DNA of 64,000 bases from Octopus vulgaris (Eukaryota), in the NCBI GenBank assembly GCA_951406725.2, contig OX597833.1, positions 42,098,001-42,162,000 of the forward strand, read 5' to 3'. Within the stretch, counting starts at the first letter, position 1. Each line of letters begins with the position of its first letter. This document shows, in pieces, positions 39,532 through 51,817 of the stretch. The notes beneath the pieces were generated by a model. It was not told the DNA's origin, ran no database searches, and saw only the letters and a program-made list of their open reading frames with translations. A program made the translations under genes and the position numbers.

Positions 39532-41489
39532 ACTCTCTAATTCCCCTACCACTCTCACGTATCGTTCCCTTGTGCGTTATTTAATTCTTATTCCGGAATA
39601 ATAGTTGGCTTTCAGAATAAAGGTTTCGGTATATTAAATAGAGAAGCTGCAAGACTGAATATCGGAATGAGAGAATAAAAGAAGCATAACCACATACTTG
39701 TTCGTGAATATAGACAGAATGTAATACTGACATTCAACAAGAAACAATTAAGAAAATCCGTTTGTAGTGAAAGTATAGGAAAATAAATTAAAAACGACTG
39801 TATTACAGTTGTATGGTAAGGAAGATCTAAGGGGCAACAAAATATTATCAAGTATGTGTATGTGATAGTTAATATAATAGTAAAACAACTGGAAAGACGA
39901 TAAACAAAATGAGTTTAAATGTATTTATAGTTGAATTATGTGATGTAACATTATTTTAGAGTGCAATTAGTGACTATATTAATTTGTTTTAGTCATCACA
40001 ACTAAACCCATGCTGGCATGTGCGGATACTATTTCAAAATTGAGGCATAAAAAATCTTTTTATTAATTTTTTTACATCAGTTTGTGTTTGTATACATCTA
40101 CATATATCCGTACATCCATCCATATATAAACGCGCGCGCGTTCAGGCACAAAGAGTGGGAGAAGCATTGCTCTCTCTATTGATGGTTTAGAGCACTGAAC
40201 CAGATTCACCACAAAGTACACTATTTTTTCCTCCCATCGGCTTCCACTATGTTACTTCATCAACCCATGGATAACTACAGCCTTCCTGTCAATGTACAGA
40301 ATTTGTCATATTTTATGATTATTAGCTGTGAATGTTAGTTTCTTTTGCTCTCAGCCCTAAACTAGTGTCATTGTCTTAGTAATGGATTCCCTCAGTTACC
40401 TTTGTTGTTCCTAAATAAACACTGTACTTATATTTGAGTCTGAGTCCAGTGATATGTAGCTATAATATTGAGAGTCAAACCACAAGTCAAATGCATATGT
40501 CTTCTTTTCAGAGCCTCTGATACCTGATTAGAAGAAGGAAGAAAGTTATCCTCAGATCAAAATCATGAACCAAATATTTAAACAGTGAATTCTATTGAAA
40601 GCACAATCAACCAGGATGTGATATTAAACCAGGTTGCTTTTTACATGCTTTCATGCCAGTTTCTACCAAGCAAATTTCACTCACAAGACTTTGGTCAAGG
40701 CTATGGTAGAGGACATTTTCTAAAGGTGTCATGCAGTGGGATTGAAACCAAAACCATGTAGATGTGAAATAAACTTATTAACCACTCAACTCTCCCTGCT
40801 CTCATCTGTACTGCATCTTAAACAGTTGACATTGAGATGCTGGTAGCAGTTACCTCTTTTATGGAGATCATACTACACAGCTGTGATTACATCCCAAAAG
40901 TTAAAAAACTACTTCTTGATTATAAAAGTACTCCACCTTTGAACAATTGCTGACTTTATTTAATTATTTATATATCTATCTTTTCTAACAGTTAAGATGG
41001 AAAGAAACTGGTGTGCATATATTCTTCACACACTCCATAGCACCCGCTCTCCTGAGACCAAGAGATTAATGCAGTTAATGATCTCCATAAATCTTTAGCA
41101 TTCACATTACTCTGTCAGATGTAATGCTCATTTATCCCCGTTGTTTTGAATTAATCATGCATTACCTCGTAGCTTTGAGATTTCAATGATGTAAAAGCAC
41201 CCACTACACTCTCGGAGTGGTTGGCATTAGGAAGGGCATCCAGCTGTAGAAACTCTGCCAGATCAAGATTGAAGCCTGGTGCAGCCATCTGGTTCGCCAG
41301 CCCTCAGTCATACGTCCAACCCATGCTAGCATGGAAAGCGGACATTAAACGATGATGATGATGATGTAATTGTATATATTTTAATGATATTGTAGGCTAG
41401 GTGTAAGAGGCCTCAACTGGATGGTTTTAACATAAAACATGGAAGAATATTTGTGCTGGATGTGGCTGGTTTAAATTCTAAAGGATTAA

Positions 41490-42560
41490 GCACACACTTT
41501 AAGTCAATGATTGGATGAAAAACATTGGTAGAGAAGAAATTCCAGGGTGTGGAGGGTAAAGATAGGCCAAAGTAGCTAGAGTGGAGTTAGAGAGAGCAAT
41601 ATAGGTGACAAGAGAAAAAGAGGCCAATGTGTCAGCTGTTTTATGGTGGTGTACAGCCAGCTAATTCCAAGAAGTAGGTGTCATTATACATGCAGTAGGC
41701 AAATTAGAGTAAGGACACTCTGCATCTATGGGTTAAAGTTTGAATTGGTGAGTGATCCAGTGTCTATCAGTAAAATGTTTTTTTATTGGTTGTTATGATT
41801 TGGGATGTTCATAGGTTAAAGCGAAATCGATCAACATCAATGGAAATTGCAGCTGTGATACCAGTGCCGGTGGTACGTAACAGAACCATCCGAACGTGGC
41901 CGTTGCCAGCACTGCCCCGACTGGCCTTGTTCCGGTGGCACGTATAAAGCACCATCTGATCGTGGCCGTTGCCAGCCTCGCCTGGCCCCCGTAAAAAGTA
42001 CCATCCGATTGTGGCCGTTTGCCAGCCTCGTCTGGCACGTAAAAAGCACCCACTACACTCACGGAGTGGTTGGCGTTAGGAAGGGCATCCAGCCGTAGAA
42101 ACATTGCCAGATCAGACTGGGCCTGGTGCAGCCTTCTGGCTTCCCAGACCCCAGTTGAACCATCCAACCCATGCTAGCATGGAAAGCGGATGCTAAACAA
42201 AGATGATGATGATGATAGGTGTAATAGCAGCAACACTATCCTAGAAGTAAGAGCAGCTTTGTATAGAGTTAATACCTGTGAGAAGTCTAAGTATTTTCTG
42301 GCCAAAAAGAAGGATAGTTCTGGGGGTCACAATTTTTTTGTTGTTGTGAGTGCAAAATAGGAGAGATCACCAGGATTGGTGAGATTGTATGAGAGATCAT
42401 TAGTGATTGTGAGATTGCTAGGAGAGAAATCGTTTGTAATTGTGAGATTTTTAGGGGAGATCACCAATGAGGCTGAGTGTTTTAAAATGGACATGATCAG
42501 AAGGAAAAAGAAAGAGAGGTAGACCAAAAACATAGTATAGAATATTCAGAACTGACATGA
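41490..42560 (-). mobile_element. highly decayed L2/CR1-group LINE remnant interrupted by a SINE
   Basis: Degenerate 3' motif (PSTPWNFFS) and purine-rich strand bias. Confidence 0.4.
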
Positions 42561-42988
42561 GAAAGGCCAATATTGCATGTGTGGATGTAGAGAAAAACTA
42601 CAGCCAACAGAAGCCTATGGCATCAACATGCTACCCAATATGCTCAAGAGCACAGGAGGAACTGATACTGATAGCTGCCTTAACAGTGAACTCTTTAAAA
42701 TTAGAGCAGTGTTCTTATATCTGAGATACTACAGGTGGATCTCAAAAAAAAAAAGTGTTAAACTGTATGTCATTAGGGCATCAGATTAAACACTCTGAGG
42801 ATATATGTTCCAGCTCTCTGCATTCTGAGTTCAATTTCTGCCAAGGTCAGGTTTGCCGTTCATCTTTTCAGTGCTGGTAAATAAGGGACCAATCCAGGTG
42901 TTGGGTTGGCAGAACTGTTTGAGACAAAATAGCCTTGCTGTTGTAATTCTGGTTCTATGTGTTCTAAGTTCAAAATCCCACCTGATTC

Positions 42989-43554
42989 TAGGGCAACTGA
43001 TAAAAGGACAACTCATACCTGGACAATTGATATCTAGGACAACTGATATATAGGACTACTCATAAATGGTATGAAGTGATAAAGATTGAATTTTTAAAGA
43101 GATTTTGTGTGTGTATGTGTGTGTTTATGTCTGTGCGAGGTGTGTGTGTATGTGCGTGTGCATGTTTGTGGGTGGTCTGTGTGTTTGTGGTGTGTAGGGT
43201 GTATTTGTGTGTGTGCATTTGTGCATGTGGTGTGTATGTGCAAGTGTGTGGTGTGTGTATGTATATGTTTGTGCATGTGCGTATGGTGTGTGCGGTTATT
43301 ATATTCTTAATTTTTTTTGCAAAATTAAATCTTTATCACTTTATACCTGGTAGAAGTTGTCCTAGACATCAGTTGTCCTAGATATCAGTTGTCCTAGACA
43401 TCAGTTGTCCTAGATATCAGTTGTCCTAGATATCAGTTGTCCTAGATATCAGTTGACCTAGACATCAGTTGACCTAGACATCAGTTGTCCTAGATATCAT
43501 TTGTTCTAGATGTCAATTGTCCAGGTATGAGTTGTCCTGGTATCAGTTGCCCTA
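42989..43554. mobile_element. foldback-like element with TIRs built from 16-bp subrepeats
   Basis: TAGGGCAACTGATA...TATCAGTTGCCCTA; the right arm has an expanded (TAGAYATCAGTTGWCC)n array; the core is degenerate (GT)n. Confidence 0.8.
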
Positions 43555-44005
43555 TCATGATCTCACATTGACCATCATTATAATGAAGTAACCTCTTCTG
43601 AGTGGGCTAAAAAAAACAAGAAAAACAAGAAAATTGCAGCAAAGCTACATGATGGTGGTGTCACATGTGCCATGCAGACCATCATATATCTTGTTTTATT
43701 CTTCTCTTCCATTTTATTTTGACATGGGCATTGCATTTTTATTCTTCTCTTCTGTTTTATGAATTCATGCACATTACATGTTCAAACTTCTCTTTCTAGT
43801 TCCTACTCAAAATGTTTTACAGATCACAACCGTCTCGCAAACCTGCATTTGTGAGGAGCTCTTTATACTGTACTTTGATGGTTGTGAAAAAAAAACCCAC
43901 CAAATACAAAAGAGTTGATGCACTTATTGAGTAGGGACAAACTAAGGATGTGAAATGCTTAATAGATAACTTTAATGGTTAGGATGGAGGTGAAGGAAGA
44001 GGCAA

Positions 44006-44070
44006 ATGATGATGATGATGATAGTGGTGGTGATGTTGATGATGAGGAGGAAAAGGAGGAGGACGATGAC

Positions 44071-44103
<33 letters not shown>

Positions 44104-44339
44104 GGTGATGATGGTGGCGGTGGTGGTGGTGATGATGGTGGTGGTGGTGGTGGTGGTAGTGATGATGATGATGATGATGATGGTGGTGATGGTGGTGGTG
44201 GTGGTGGTGGTGGTGGTGATGATGATGATGATGATGATGATGGTGGTGGTCGTGGTCGTGATGATGATGATAGTGATGATGATGATGATGATGATGATGG
44301 TGGTGATGGTGGTGGTGGTGGTGGTGGTGGTGGTGGTGG

Positions 44340-44397
<58 letters not shown>
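44006..44397. repeat. alternating (GAT)n/(GGT)n trinucleotide microsatellite
   Basis: Seen directly. Confidence 0.95.
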
Positions 44398-45052
44398 CTC
44401 ATCCAACAGATAAGCAATCTTTTAGTTACTAATATGCTGGAAGCAGTAACCCACATATGTATTTCCTTTTCCTTCTATTTCTTCTTCTATGTGGTCTTCA
44501 CATCTCTAAAATTGCAAACCCGGAAAACCACTTTGCTTCGCACCTATCACTCTGGCTGTGTCTCACTCCACAAACCTTGTAGCAAACAAACATTTCTTCA
44601 GCCCTTCCTCTCAAACATGTAATTTTAATTCCCTCCCTCTTTATATTTTTACATCTACATATCAGCCACAGCAACCTCATTAGGCTCAAAGGAGGATGTG
44701 CGAGATTTTTGAAAGTAATAGTCTGTTCCTACAACTTAAAAAAAGAGATCAAAAAGATAGAATGAACCTCAAGGGGTTGGCTGATTTTATCTTCAATGAA
44801 ATGCTTTGAAATAACTATCCAGGTAATTCAGTGCTGGCTATATACACAGTATTTCCTGGGTTGACAGTTTCTGTTCACTCACCTGAACTTAGTATCCTAA
44901 TTCAAGTCCAAATGCATACATGATGTCTAGATGAGGGCACACACACACTCTCTCTCTTCTCTCTCTATCTCTATCTCTATCTATCTATCTATCTAACTCA
45001 TTTAGCTGAGAACTGGATAACGATTTCAGCAACAAAAGAGAATGTTAAAATG

Positions 45053-45516
45053 TGTAGTGACACTACTGTGTAAGTTTCAGTGCACATGCGCAGAATTGGA
45101 TTACTTCCGGTTGGCCACCAGAAGTTTTCCTTATGCGCATGTGCAGGAACTGGAACCTAAAAGCCTGACCGCTGAATTGGCCTTTCTGGCATGAGCAGCG
45201 CTAGCAGTCGGACGTGGCTTGACTTTCTCTCAGGGAACATCCCTACACTCAGAGAACCTCACCCCAACGAAGCGGGAACGAACACCGAATCATCTTGACT
45301 CACACGAGAGAACATTGTAACCAGTCCTGTGGATTCGGCTGCCGGTTTCCCCACAATAAATACGTGTACATGTTTTACCTGTAAACCACAGAATAAACCA
45401 CCACTTACTGTTATCAAAGACAGCCTGACTTTGTCTCCGTTTCTTCAACTTGAATTGAATGTGACAGGATCAGACCAGACACCCCTCCAGTGTTCCTGAA
45501 TTCTCATCCTGTTACA
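45053..45516 (+). mobile_element. solo LTR (Gypsy-like)
   Basis: TGTA...TACA termini, perfect 4-bp TSD AATG (45049-45052 and 45517-45520), two internal AATAAA, CpG-retaining. Confidence 0.8.
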
Positions 45517-46145
45517 AATGAGTTTGTAGAATGATTTGTACAACAAACTTGCAGTAAATGCATCATGTTATATTTGTGACATACTAATGCTTTGAATTTC
45601 ACAAATTGGTTGCTTGGTTTAGTCAACAATCATGAGACAACAATCAAACTTGCATAAACATTTTTACCTTTATCAATACATATCAATCCAATCTGCTCAT
45701 GTCTGTTGGTAATGTAGGTAACATTATCAACAAGCCTGTCATAAACTTTTGGCTGGATTAATGATACAATCACTGTTCAGCTTTTGACTTAGACCAGCGC
45801 TATTCTTATTTCTTTATTGCCCACAAGGAGCTAAACATAGAGGGGACAAACAAGGACAGACAAAGGGATTAAGTCGATTACATCAACCCCAGTGCGTAAC
45901 TGGTACTTAATTTATCGACCCCGAAAGGATGAAAGGCAAAGTCGACCTCGGCAGAATTTGAACTCAGAACGTAGCGGCAGACAAAATACCAACAAGCATT
46001 TTGCCTGGCATGCTAACGATTCTGCCAGCTCGCCGCCCTTTGCTATTCTGATGAGTGCCACTCTTCAAAAGAGCTATGATGTAGCATGGAAGAGGAAGTA
46101 TCAACTGGAATTGTTGATAATTGTTGAGCATCCAGAACAGTTTAA

Positions 46146-46366
46146 CCCTTTCATTACCAACCTGGCTAAAACTGGCTCTGGCTCTGAAGTACAAATGTCT
46201 TATTTTCATAAATTTTAAATTAAAATCTTCCACCAAACCTTAGTCACAATTTATGTTCCTAATACAAGCTGAATGATAACTAAGTTATTTTACTAAATTC
46301 TTTGTTATATTTAAAGTAATTGAAAGAAACACAGAGCATCTCAAAATAAATACAGTAACGAAAGGG
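46146..46366. mobile_element. piggyBac-type MITE (second family)
   Basis: TTAA-CCCTTTCATTAC...GTAACGAAAGGG-TTAA. Confidence 0.82.
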
Positions 46367-46926
46367 TTAAGTGGTGGGATCACTTAACAGAGTATATCTG
46401 GTAACAGTCATGATAGCAGTAGACAAAACAAACATGGACAAAAGTAGGCTACAAAATTATTCCTTCAGATACAGCTTTAATAACAATCCAGATATCATTA
46501 TACAGAAAAGTGACCAGCTAAACAAATATACTTCCAAGTGGCAGAGCGGTGGCCAAACTTAGACAGAAACTACTATGCACTCATTATCCCACCTTTTACC
46601 AAGAGCTATGTTATCTGGCCTTTTCAAAATCAACAATTTCCAACATTGATGCTAAACTTTCCAACTTGCATGTATATTATCTTCTCTATATTACACTGAT
46701 ACAAATATATACAGACACACAGTTATGCTACATGCAACAATCGCCAGAGACAATGACTTAATGCCACAGCTATTATAATGTATTACGGAGATGTACTTGC
46801 ATAGCAAGTGACCTGATCTGAGATCGTGTGCTAAAACGAAAACAATTGCAGCGTGGGAGGTGATTATAAGCCATTTAAGAAACACACAAAAACCGCTAGA
46901 TTCACTTCAACATTTAAATTTAATTT

Positions 46927-46971
46927 GTCAAAATATTTCCGTAGCTTTGAGACCGCGACCTGTTCACTGTC
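46927..46971 (-). ncRNA. minimal hammerhead motif (G3:C8 type), partly decayed
   Basis: Minus strand GACA-GTGAACA-G-GTCGC GGTCTCAAA GCTAC-GGAAATAT-TT-TGAC, at the end of a ~200-bp pLTR-like repeat (46770-46971). Confidence 0.45.
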
Positions 46972-47376
46972 TTGTATTATAATGTGGCTTTAGAATTACA
47001 CTACCATCATTACCTTTCGACAGGTTGCAAGAAGACTACTTTCTACAGACTCAGTTGTATGTAAGCATGCATTCTGCAGATTAACTTACAGTCAGCACAC
47101 ACATCATGCAAACTCACAAGCATTTTATACATACACATCATGTTCTTCATATATAAAAATATTTGTCTGTCTGTCTATCTATCTATCTGTCTGTCTGTAT
47201 GCCTGTCTATCTATCTACCAGGGCTTTATTCTCAATCAACACAGCAGCTATGGGCTGGAAGAAGCCATGTGGCAGGCCCTGCACCAGATGGCTGGACATG
47301 ATTGGAGAAGATCTCCAGAGGCACAACATCAACTTGGAGGTATATATATATTTGTATTTATGTGCTATCTGTGTAT

Positions 47377-47434
47377 ATTCCACTGATGAGGCAAAGCATT
47401 TCTTATGCAGAGCCAGAAATCTGGGATCTGGAAT
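47377..47434 (+). ncRNA. type I hammerhead ribozyme motif, canonical core
   Basis: ATTCCA-CTGATGA-[GGC AAA GCAT TTCTT ATGC AGA GCC]-A-GAAA-TC TGG GA-TC-TGGAAT; perfect 6-bp stem I. Confidence 0.75.
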
Positions 47435-47575
47435 TATCCAGTAATTTTTTTCTAGTTTATTTTGTCTTTTTGTTTTCTCTCCTGTATGAACATTTAATGT
47501 GGTTTTAGGGTCATGTTTTGGCTGCTATTTCCAGCATGGTGGTATCTCTTAGATACCATAAATTATAATTATATA

Positions 47576-47615
<40 letters not shown>

Positions 47616-47618
<3 letters not shown>

Positions 47619-49437
47619 CCTTGGCCAAAAGTATTAGGCCACCCCAATGTTATGGGGCTCTGCTGTCTCAATGTTAATGAAACTCGAGCACATGGTGGAT
47701 TATGGTATATTTCATAATATACATTAGTTTTAATATCTGGTTGACCCTCCTTTAGCATCAATTACCGCTTTTATACAGTTAGGCATTGAATCAACTAGTT
47801 TCTTGCAGGCGCTAGGCACAATTTTACTCCATTCTTCTCTCAACTTTTGTTACAAATATTCTTTATTTTTAATTGTTGTGTTCCTGATAGCTTCATCAAG
47901 AGTTCCCCATAGGTGTTAGATTGGATTTAGATTGGGGCTTTGAGCTGGCCAATCCATGGGAATAATACTCTGTGTCTCAAACCATTGATAAGTATTCTTT
48001 GCTGTATGACATAGAGCATTGTCCTGTTGAAAAATAACAGTTTTTTGACATTCCTGAATGTAATTTAGCAATTGATTGCTCTAAAACATCCAACAACATA
48101 GAAACATAGGGAGCTGAATTCATCCTTCCCTGACACAAAAACATTTCTCTGGGTCCTGTTGCATACATGTAAACCCCCACCATGATAGAACCACCCCCAT
48201 GTTTTACAGTTGGTACCAGACATTCAGCCTTAAATGCTTCCCCAACTCTGTGACGCACGAAAGTTGCACCAGATGTACTGAAAACCAGAGTAAAAATATG
48301 AAAAATAATATTGGCTTTATGTTGGATACTTTTTAGAAATATATTTTGAGTAAGAAACCAGTTACATTAAGTTTATATGTTGATTGAATACATGTACTGT
48401 GTTACCTCATAGTTACTTTCATCAGACCATATGACTTTCAGCCATTGCTCACTAGTCCAATTTGAGTGATTTTTAACCCACTGAAGATGTTTTTCCATAT
48501 TTGCTTCAGAAACCCATGGTTTCTTCCTGGCTTTACAGCCTTTCAGACCATACTCTACAAGCCATCTTCCAACAGTTCTGATTGATATTTGTAAAGTATT
48601 TGCCTCATTGAACTCCGCACAGAGCTCCAATGATGTTTTTCTCCAGTTTCTGAGCGACTGACAGATGATGAATCTATCATCTCGAAGTGATGTAACCTTT
48701 TTTATACCTGTTCTTTGTATTGTCTTCGCATCTTTTGTCTCTCTGAAGTGCTTGAGAGTCGTTTGCACCGCACATCGAGAACATTTCATCTTCTGAGCAA
48801 TTTGCCTTTGAGATATTCCATCTTCAAGATGAGCTACGATTTGAGCTTGCTCACATTCACTCAATTCCCTTGTCTTAGGCATTTTACTGTTTATTAACTG
48901 TATCTACAACGTATTTTATATAATGAAATTATTGTATACAGTGCTCAGATGCACCACAACTTGTCAAAAAGTGCATATAAAGCATATGCAGTAATGTAAA
49001 AATGTCTGGAAAGCGAACAGTGTATGAGTCAGATACATGCTTGCGTGTATATGGAGGGGAGAAAATCAGGTGTAGTGTTGGCGAATCTCAGGAAGCATGG
49101 AAGTTTTGAAGGATGCAGTGCTCTGACAACTAACAACTGATGCCGGCAGTCTGTTCCATGCTTCAGCAACTCTTATAGTGAAAAAATGTATTTTAGCATA
49201 AAACTCTGAAATAATCAAGGAAACATAAGTTAATTTTGGACGTTGGTCTTATAATTGGTTGCATATGTCCAGTACAGTATAAAAGCGGTAAATGATGCTA
49301 AAGGCGGGTCAACCAGATATTAAAACTAATGTATATTGTGAAATATACCATAATCTACCACGTACTCGAGTTTCATTAACATTGAGACAGCAGAACCCCA
49401 AAACATTGGGGTGGCCTAATACTTTTGGCCAAAGCTG
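47616..49437 (-). mobile_element. full-length Tc1-like transposon with ~165-bp TIRs and a disabled DD34E transposase
   Basis: TA-CAGCCTTGGCCAAAAGTATTAGGCCACCCC...GGGGTGGCCTAATACTTTTGGCCAAAGCTG-TA. ORF from 48882: MPKTRELS...WSDES, TVKHGGGSIMV, QQDNA, WPAQSPNLNPI*, AKGGSTRY; frameshift and stops present. Confidence 0.93.
48930..49190 (-). mobile_element. CR1-like LINE 3' end nested in the Tc1 element
   Basis: FFTxRVAEAWNRLPASVVSC...ASFK; a same-family 3' end with an (ATT)n tail lies at ~35365-35517 (+). Confidence 0.8.
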
Positions 49438-49799
49438 TATATACATATGAATGTACACACACACACACACACGCACACATGTATGTATGTGTATATGTAT
49501 GTAACACCATCAATCGTCATTTTTACCTTTGCTTTTCCAAGCTGGCATGATTTTGACATGATTTTTGTAGGCAGTATTTGATGGTCTTCCTGATACTCTA
49601 ACCTTCTTGTCACCTCTTATGACAAAAGCCAGGGTAAAAAAGAAAACCTCACAAATAGATATTCAACCACCCTGCTTCATACGTTCCTCATTCCTTTCGG
49701 GTGATTGGCGTCGGCTTCAAACGTCCAAGACTTTTCCATTATTCTTGAGCGTTGAACTAATACACCTTGTTTGTCGTTACCTTACTCTCTCTCTCTCTC

Positions 49800-50190
49800 T
49801 TTTTTACTCTTTTACTTGTTTCAGTCATTTGACTGCGGCCATGCTGGAGCACCGCCTTTTAGTCGAGCAAATTGACCCTGGGACTTATTCTTTGTAAGCC
49901 CAGTACTTATTCTATCGGTCTCTTTTACCGAACCGCTAAGTGACGGGGACGTAAACACACCAGCATCGGTTGTCAAGCAATGCTAGGGGGACAAACACAT
50001 ACACACACATATACACATATATATATACGACAGGCTTCTTTCAGTTTCCGTCTACCAAATCCACTCACAAGGCATTGGTCGGCCCGGGGCTATAGCAGAA
50101 GACACTTGCCCAAGATGCCACGCAGTGGGACTGAACCCGGAACCATGTGGTTGGTTAGCAAGCTACTTACCACACAGCCACTCCTGCGCC
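49800..50190 (-). mobile_element. SINE family B copy
   Basis: Reverse complement of 25150-25590. Confidence 0.85.
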
Positions 50191-51003
50191 TGCCAGTCGT
50201 TTTTTTTTTTTGTGTGTGCATTTGAACCAGATACACACACACACACACATGAGTGTGTATGTGTGTCTGTGTGGGTGCGTGTGCGGTATGTTTGCCGTTA
50301 CGTTCTGAGTTCAAATTCCTCCGAGGTCGACTTTGCCTTTCATCCTTTCGGAGTCGATTAAATAAGTACCAGTTACGCACTGGGGTTGATATAATCGACT
50401 TAATCCGTTTGTCTATCCTTGTTTGTCCTCTCTGTGTTTAGCCCCCTGTGGGTAGTAAAGAAATAGGTATGTCTTTATAAGCTCACATACACGCACACAT
50501 TATGTGCCTGCGTGTAAAATTTTTACTTCACTGTCTTTTTTTAATAATTTGATAGTAATGACAATAATAATGATGATGATGATGATGATTGTGGTGGGGT
50601 GTGGTGACATTTTCCTCCGACACAAACCATGTTGCCGACAAAAACTCAAGTAAAGCCGTTTCGTAAATAAATATGGAGTGAGCAATTACCTCCCTTAGAC
50701 CCTTTGTCGAACTTCTTGAAATTTCTTCCGTTTCAATTATATGTTAATATCCTATGCAGAGCATAACAGTTATGTTAATATGTCAACTGAATTGATTTAT
50801 AATATTTAGTTTTGTTGTTGTTGTTATTGTTGATTAATTACGTACATAATTTATATTATATTGCAACAGTATATGTGATATGTACATGGACTTTACTTCA
50901 TTCACAAAATGTTTAAATAACTATAATTTAAAATAACTGTGAACAATAAAAATAGAACGTCCACACACGCACACGTTCATGCTCATACATGTATGCATGT
51001 ATG

Positions 51004-51055
<52 letters not shown>

Positions 51056-51195
51056 TATATATATATACATATACATATACGTATACGTACATACATATAC
51101 ATATATATATACTTATACATATATACATATACGTATACATGCACACACACACATATACATATATATATATGTATGTATGTATATATATATATATA

Positions 51196-51433
51196 CAGGG
51201 TGGCTCCAAAATAGGTTTACAGTTATTACGTAGGCACTTTAAATTTCTTTTAAAACATTTTATTACATTCAAATTTCTATCTTACAAACTGAAAAGAGAG
51301 TTTGACAAAATTAGCTAAATTAGCATAGAATAATTGTTTTATATTTTTTTGTATAATTAATATCTAAACTCTTAATATATGAATGCAAAAGTGATAGTTG
51401 AATATCTGTAAACCTACTTTTTGGGCCACTTTG
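51196..51433. mobile_element. Tc1/mariner-type MITE
   Basis: TA-CAGGGTGGCTCCAAAATAGGTTTACAG...CTGTAAACCTACTTTTTGGGCCACTTTG-TA. Confidence 0.78.
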
Positions 51434-51817
51434 TATACAGAGAGAGAGAGAGGGGGGAGGGAGAGAGAGAGAGAGAGAGAGAGCGCACTGGTGTTTTTTG
51501 CATGGCACCAGCAGTTGTGAAGTCACTCAGTAACTTGCAAATCAAGACCCCTCGACTGAGAGAGTAAAATTTTGAGAAAATGTAATTAACAGAGAGTGAC
51601 AGAATATGTCTTTTTAAAAAAAAAAAAAATACTGGGGCAATATATATATATTTATATATATTGGTTATGAGAGGTAATGGTGTTCAATAAGACCCAAAGG
51701 TGTCAGGTAATGCTGAGTAAGTGCTATGGACAGACTATAGTTAAGCTCCAGGTTTGATGATTATATGAATGAGGAGTCCAACGTAGGTCATATATCAGCA
51801 TGTGTATATATATGAAA

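Noticed and set aside
43358-43520. Regular 16-bp direct repeats as a CRISPR-like array
   Set aside because: No unique spacers, a eukaryotic context, and part of a TIR.
43959-44622. Poly-D/G, poly-S/P and poly-M/V ORFs resembling acidic biomineralisation proteins
   Set aside because: Open in several frames on both strands because of (GAT)n/(GGT)n; no signal peptide or clear exon boundaries.
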